This document shows positions 60,398-64,000 of a stretch of DNA of 64,000 nucleotides, piece after piece. The stretch is taken from contig CACNCV010000002.1 of NCBI GenBank assembly GCA_902619105.1, forward strand, positions 172,436 through 236,435, given 5' to 3'. The position numbers were made by a program, and so were the translations under genes. Source of the DNA: an uncultured Pelagibacteraceae bacterium. Lineage in GTDB: Bacteria; Pseudomonadota; Alphaproteobacteria; Pelagibacterales; AG-422-B15. The notes under the pieces are model-generated. The model ran no database searches. It worked only from the letters and a program-made list of their open reading frames with translations, and was not told where the DNA came from. How positions within the stretch are numbered: position 1 is the stretch's first letter; each line of letters starts with the position of its first letter.

Positions 60398-61288
60398 ATG
60401 ATTTATAGTTTACTTAATGACATTAGTTGGGTAGTCAATATTCGAACACCCTATTTAACTCCTATATTTGAATTTTTTACATGGTTGGGATATCGAGATT
60501 TTTTATTCATGTTTATCCCGTTTATTTATTGGTGTTATGACCGAAAAGTTTTTGGCAAGCTTCTTGTAATAGTTTTCTTTTCCGCAATTATAAATTCATT
60601 TCTGAAAGATATTTTTCAAGATCCAAGACCAGATTTTGCTCTTAATATTGATCCATGGCTCCAAACTGATACTTCATTCGGGTTTCCAAGCGGTCACACT
60701 CAAATTGCGGTCGTGATTTGGCTTTATATAGCCTTAAATGTGAAAAATGTATTTGTGAAATCACTTTCAATAATTTTTCTCTTTGGAGTGCCTCTTAGCC
60801 GAGTTTACTTAGGAGTTCATGACATTGGGGATATTTTAGGAGGCTTGGTTGTTGGATTAGTTACTCTTTATATTGCAGACCTTATCTACAAAAACATTGA
60901 GAGAGGAAATATTACATTTAATACCTTTACAAAATATCTATCAATGGTTGTAATCTTTCTTTTATTTTACCTTACATGGCCGACCGCGCATGGAAATGAA
61001 GCGGCAATAGCAATCGGAGGTCTAATGATTGGTTTCTTTATCGGCAAAGATATTGACCACAAACAATTTAATTTTGTTCGTACTTCTAATGCAATTGCTC
61101 ACTACACATCATGCATTTTGGCATTAGTTTTATTTCTTTTATTTAATGAATATCTAAATTTAGCTTTTGAAAAAGTGAACTTATCTCTAGAGCTTGAAAC
61201 GGCTTTAAGTTCATTAATATTAGGCTTTTATATTTCTTTTTTGTCTCTTTACTTACTTTCAAAAATTAAACTTCAATTATCCAAATAA
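60398..61288 (+). CDS. PAP2-family membrane phosphatase
   Basis: C1 KDIFQDPRP, C2 FPSGH, C3 SRVYLGVH...DILGG. Confidence 0.92.
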   Translation: MIYSLLNDISWVVNIRTPYLTPIFEFFTWLGYRDFLFMFIPFIYWCYDRKVFGKLLVIVFFSAIINSFLKDIFQDPRPDFALNIDPWLQTDTSFGFPSGHTQIAVVIWLYIALNVKNVFVKSLSIIFLFGVPLSRVYLGVHDIGDILGGLVVGLVTLYIADLIYKNIERGNITFNTFTKYLSMVVIFLLFYLTWPTAHGNEAAIAIGGLMIGFFIGKDIDHKQFNFVRTSNAIAHYTSCILALVLFLLFNEYLNLAFEKVNLSLELETALSSLILGFYISFLSLYLLSKIKLQLSK

Positions 61289-62295
61289 GTTTCTCCATGC
61301 TTTAATGTGAAAAATCTATCTTGAGAAATATTGTATTTTGAGACGACTTCAATTAATTTTTGAGGCGGCTCTCTTACAGGCTCATCGGTTAAAATAAATG
61401 TTCCCCAAGACATACCAATGGCTTTAGAAGCTTCTAAATCTAAGAAAGACATAACTGCCTCTTCAGGATTCATGTGTGAAACTTCCATGATCCATCTTGG
61501 CTCGTAAGCACCGATTGGAATAGCAGCTAAATCAACTGACCCCAATCTTTTTCTGATTTCTTTAAAATCATCAGAATAGCCTGTATCACCTAAATGAATA
61601 AAGCTGTGATAATAGTTTTTAAAATGCCAAGCTCCCCATAAAGTTTCATTTCTATCAAATAAGCCCCTTGCCGACCAATGTTGCACAGGAGCAAAAGTAA
61701 TTTCTGTTTCACTTACTTTAATTGAGTCCCACCAATCTAGTTCTCTCACATTTTTTATCCCTTTATTTATGAACCATTCTTCGAGACCCAGTGGAACTAA
61801 AAAAAGAACATCTTCGTATTTTTCCGAGATTAATTTTACGCTTCTATAATCAAGGTGGTCATAATGACTATGAGAAATTGTTACGACATCAATGTTTGGT
61901 AAATCATCAATTTCCATACCGGGTGGCATATATCTCTTTGGTCCAGCAAAACTTAATGGTGAGGCTCGATTAGTAAAATGTGGATCTGTAAGCACATTTA
62001 TATCCTTGTTTTGATATAAAAAAGTCTCATGCCCAATCCATGTAGTAACAATGTTATCATTGTTATATATTTCTTTAAAATTTGGTTTCTCCATTTCAAA
62101 TTTAAATGTCGATAAATCCTTACTTCTTCTCTCCCAACTCCATTGCATTAGTTTTTTAAAGCTACTTTCATATGGTACTCCATTAGTGTTTGCATAAGTT
62201 CCATCCGATAAATGATGTACGGGGGTTTGTGACAGGTTTTCAGTGCTTGCAGGCGCTGAATAAAATAAAAATAAGAACAATAAAACCAATCTCAT
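61273..62295 (-). CDS. Exported MBL-fold hydrolase, NAPE-phospholipase D-like
   Basis: Signal peptide; TWIGH, LTDP, SHSHYDHLD, ELDWW, HWSAR, GDTGY, PIGAYEPRW. Confidence 0.88.
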   Translation of the reverse strand: MRLVLLFLFLFYSAPASTENLSQTPVHHLSDGTYANTNGVPYESSFKKLMQWSWERRSKDLSTFKFEMEKPNFKEIYNNDNIVTTWIGHETFLYQNKDINVLTDPHFTNRASPLSFAGPKRYMPPGMEIDDLPNIDVVTISHSHYDHLDYRSVKLISEKYEDVLFLVPLGLEEWFINKGIKNVRELDWWDSIKVSETEITFAPVQHWSARGLFDRNETLWGAWHFKNYYHSFIHLGDTGYSDDFKEIRKRLGSVDLAAIPIGAYEPRWIMEVSHMNPEEAVMSFLDLEASKAIGMSWGTFILTDEPVREPPQKLIEVVSKYNISQDRFFTLKHGETYLDN

Positions 62296-62297
62296 AA

Positions 62298-62645
62298 TTA
62301 TTTATCCCTTAAGCTCCATAATATAGCCAGGCATATACTTTTTGATATCGGAAGCATATAAAGCACAGTCATTATTGTAATTGGTATCCATGTAATTGCC
62401 TGCAACCATAACTGAGGTGAATAGTTTTGTTCTATATATAAAACTAAAGGAACAATGATGTGTCCAACAATAATAATTGTAAGCCAAGGACCAAAATCAT
62501 CCGTTCTATAAATTGAAAGCTTTTCATTACAATTATTGCAATTAGGCTTTAGTTTCAAATATTGCTTATAAATTTTTTCTTCTCCGCATTGCGGGCATTT
62601 TTTAAAAACTGATCGAGATAAAGCAAGTAATAATGATACTTTCAC
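62298..62645 (-). CDS. DUF983-family membrane protein with a Zn ribbon
   Basis: CPQC...CNNC, then DDFGPWLTIIIVGHI and two TMs. Confidence 0.85.
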   Translation of the reverse strand: MKVSLLLALSRSVFKKCPQCGEEKIYKQYLKLKPNCNNCNEKLSIYRTDDFGPWLTIIIVGHIIVPLVLYIEQNYSPQLWLQAITWIPITIMTVLYMLPISKSICLAILWSLRDK

Positions 62646-62650
62646 AATAT

Positions 62651-63235
62651 TTACTTTTCGCTTAAAATAAATTCATTGCTTGAATCCGCTAACCAATCCC
62701 ATAAATAATCAGCAAAACTCCATCTAACTGATATATCAAAAACTAGGTCATCTGATAATCTGTCAATGAGGACTGTTGCCTTACTTATATATGATTGAGC
62801 GCAAGAATTCCCTTTTGTGAGATATTGATCAAAATTAAGAGGGCAAGCTTTTGTTAAGACTTCAATACTTTTTGGGCCACTAAGCCTCATCGTCAAATAA
62901 TAATCAGATACATCGGTAATTGCGCAAAATAAATCTGAAAGTATTTCTCTTAATCCATTGATAACATTGTCTTTTTTTTCATCTTCACTTAATAACAAAT
63001 ATTCATTTGGTCCTAACCACAAAACTCTAGTCTCATTATTTCCAGTGACTTCACCAGCACTTTTTGGAAGGCTATATGTAAGGTATTTTTCTACTGCATC
63101 TCTTGCTTGCACATCATCTTCCTTTAATCTCACATTAATTTTTCCTATAAAATCAATTAGCTCCAATGAGATATTATCCGAAGCGATTTTTTCTTTTTGT
63201 GTAAGAGGGGAAAAAATTTGCGGTTGATTACTCAT
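62651..63235 (-). CDS. soxG: Heterotetrameric sarcosine oxidase gamma subunit
   Basis: LWLGPNEYL, AITDVSD, VRWSFADYLWDWL. Confidence 0.92.
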   Translation of the reverse strand: MSNQPQIFSPLTQKEKIASDNISLELIDFIGKINVRLKEDDVQARDAVEKYLTYSLPKSAGEVTGNNETRVLWLGPNEYLLLSEDEKKDNVINGLREILSDLFCAITDVSDYYLTMRLSGPKSIEVLTKACPLNFDQYLTKGNSCAQSYISKATVLIDRLSDDLVFDISVRWSFADYLWDWLADSSNEFILSEK

Positions 63236-64000
63236 TATTTCTCTTACCTTCTTTGTCGTAGAATATTGTATCTGTCACAGTAGCTTCAATAATCTTGCCA
63301 TTCATAAGTGGTACAACTACTTGTTCACCCATTTTACTAAAACCATCTTTTAACATCGCTAGAGCGATTGGATAACCTAAAGTAGGACTGTAATAACTAG
63401 ATGTAACATGTCCTAACATTTTCATCGGTGGCTGTTTTAATGCCTTTTCAACGATATGTGATCCTTCTGGAAGGATCGTTTTTTTGTCGTTAACTAAGAG
63501 TCCAACAAATTTTTTTCTATCATGTCTAACGGTATCAGGTCTCGTAAAGGATCTCTTTCCAAGAAAATCTTCTTTCTTTTTTGAAACGATCCAATCCATA
63601 TTCATATCACTTGGTGTGACACTTCCATCTGTATCTTGTCCAACGATTATAAATCCTTTTTCAGCTCGCAATACATGCATTGTCTCTGTACCATATGGAG
63701 TAATATTGTATTTTTTCCCATGTTCCATAAATTTTTCCCAAACATAACGTCCATAACGTGCAGGTACATTAACCTCATAGCTTAACTCTCCAGTAAAGCT
63801 GATTCTGAAGACTCTTGCCTTCACTCCACAAACTTCCCCTTCTCTAAATTTCATGAATGGAAAACTTTCTTTTGATAAATCAATATTTGTTAAATCTTTT
63901 AAAAATTCTCTTGAATTTGGTCCCGATATAGACAGCACAGCCCACTGTTCAGTAACTGAGGTGCAAAATACTCTCATATCAAGCCATTCTGTTTGTAGAA
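63228..64000 (-). CDS. soxA: Heterotetrameric sarcosine oxidase alpha subunit (C-terminal part; runs off window end)
   Basis: FRISFTGELSYE, YGTETMHVLRAEKG, GHVTSSYYSP; frame stays open to 64000 (LQTEWLD...). Confidence 0.96.
   Translation of the reverse strand, partial: LQTEWLDMRVFCTSVTEQWAVLSISGPNSREFLKDLTNIDLSKESFPFMKFREGEVCGVKARVFRISFTGELSYEVNVPARYGRYVWEKFMEHGKKYNITPYGTETMHVLRAEKGFIIVGQDTDGSVTPSDMNMDWIVSKKKEDFLGKRSFTRPDTVRHDRKKFVGLLVNDKKTILPEGSHIVEKALKQPPMKMLGHVTSSYYSPTLGYPIALAMLKDGFSKMGEQVVVPLMNGKIIEATVTDTIFYDKEGKRNNE

Noticed and set aside
4863-63747. The many 60-155 aa ORFs nested in or antisense to genes (e.g. 7215-7568, 25391-25831, 36925-37338, 37412-37879, 45287-45643)
   Set aside because: All lie within well-supported genes, have shadow-frame composition (Ser/Ile/Phe/Leu-rich) and carry no motifs
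1-64000. tRNA, rRNA, tmRNA, riboswitch, CRISPR, IS or prophage
   Set aside because: The longest intergenic gaps are about 110-230 nt and show no cloverleaf/T-loop, repeat-spacer array, transposase, integrase or phage structural genes

Overview
The window is a very AT-rich (about 30% GC by eye, not computed), almost gap-free chromosomal segment of a genome-streamlined alphaproteobacterium. It looks like a marine Pelagibacterales/HIMB59/MarineAlpha-type organism, which I infer from composition, gene order and sarcosine oxidase/photolyase content. It holds about 63 CDS. The core strings are aspS/rnd, hdaA-purMN, ndk-pepA, lptFGD-surA-rsmA, gmk-fabF-acpP-fabG-fabD, rpsF-rpsR-rplI-dnaB-alr, der-bamB-panB, guaBA-rlmE, icd, alaS-recA-dksA and soxAG. 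Accessory blocks are a photolyase/GNAT/VOC islet, a tolC-padR-MFP-double-RND efflux operon, a MoxR/VWA operon, a redox operon and a lipid-hydrolase pair. I found no rRNA, tRNA, CRISPR, IS or prophage. Most notable: (1) a Der/EngA GTPase collapsed to one, apparently GD1/GD2-chimeric, G domain; (2) other trimmed core proteins (SurA without parvulin domains, 63-aa S18, an SDR without its catalytic Lys); (3) genes missing from their usual alphaproteobacterial positions (holC, pdxA, mltG, radA/mlaEF, purF); (4) two 7-3-7 palindromes exactly 30 bp apart upstream of the PadR-RND operon; (5) two alphaproteobacterial LexA boxes upstream of recA; (6) tail-to-tail overlap at all seven convergent gene junctions. 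All calls come from motif recognition by eye; no database search was run.
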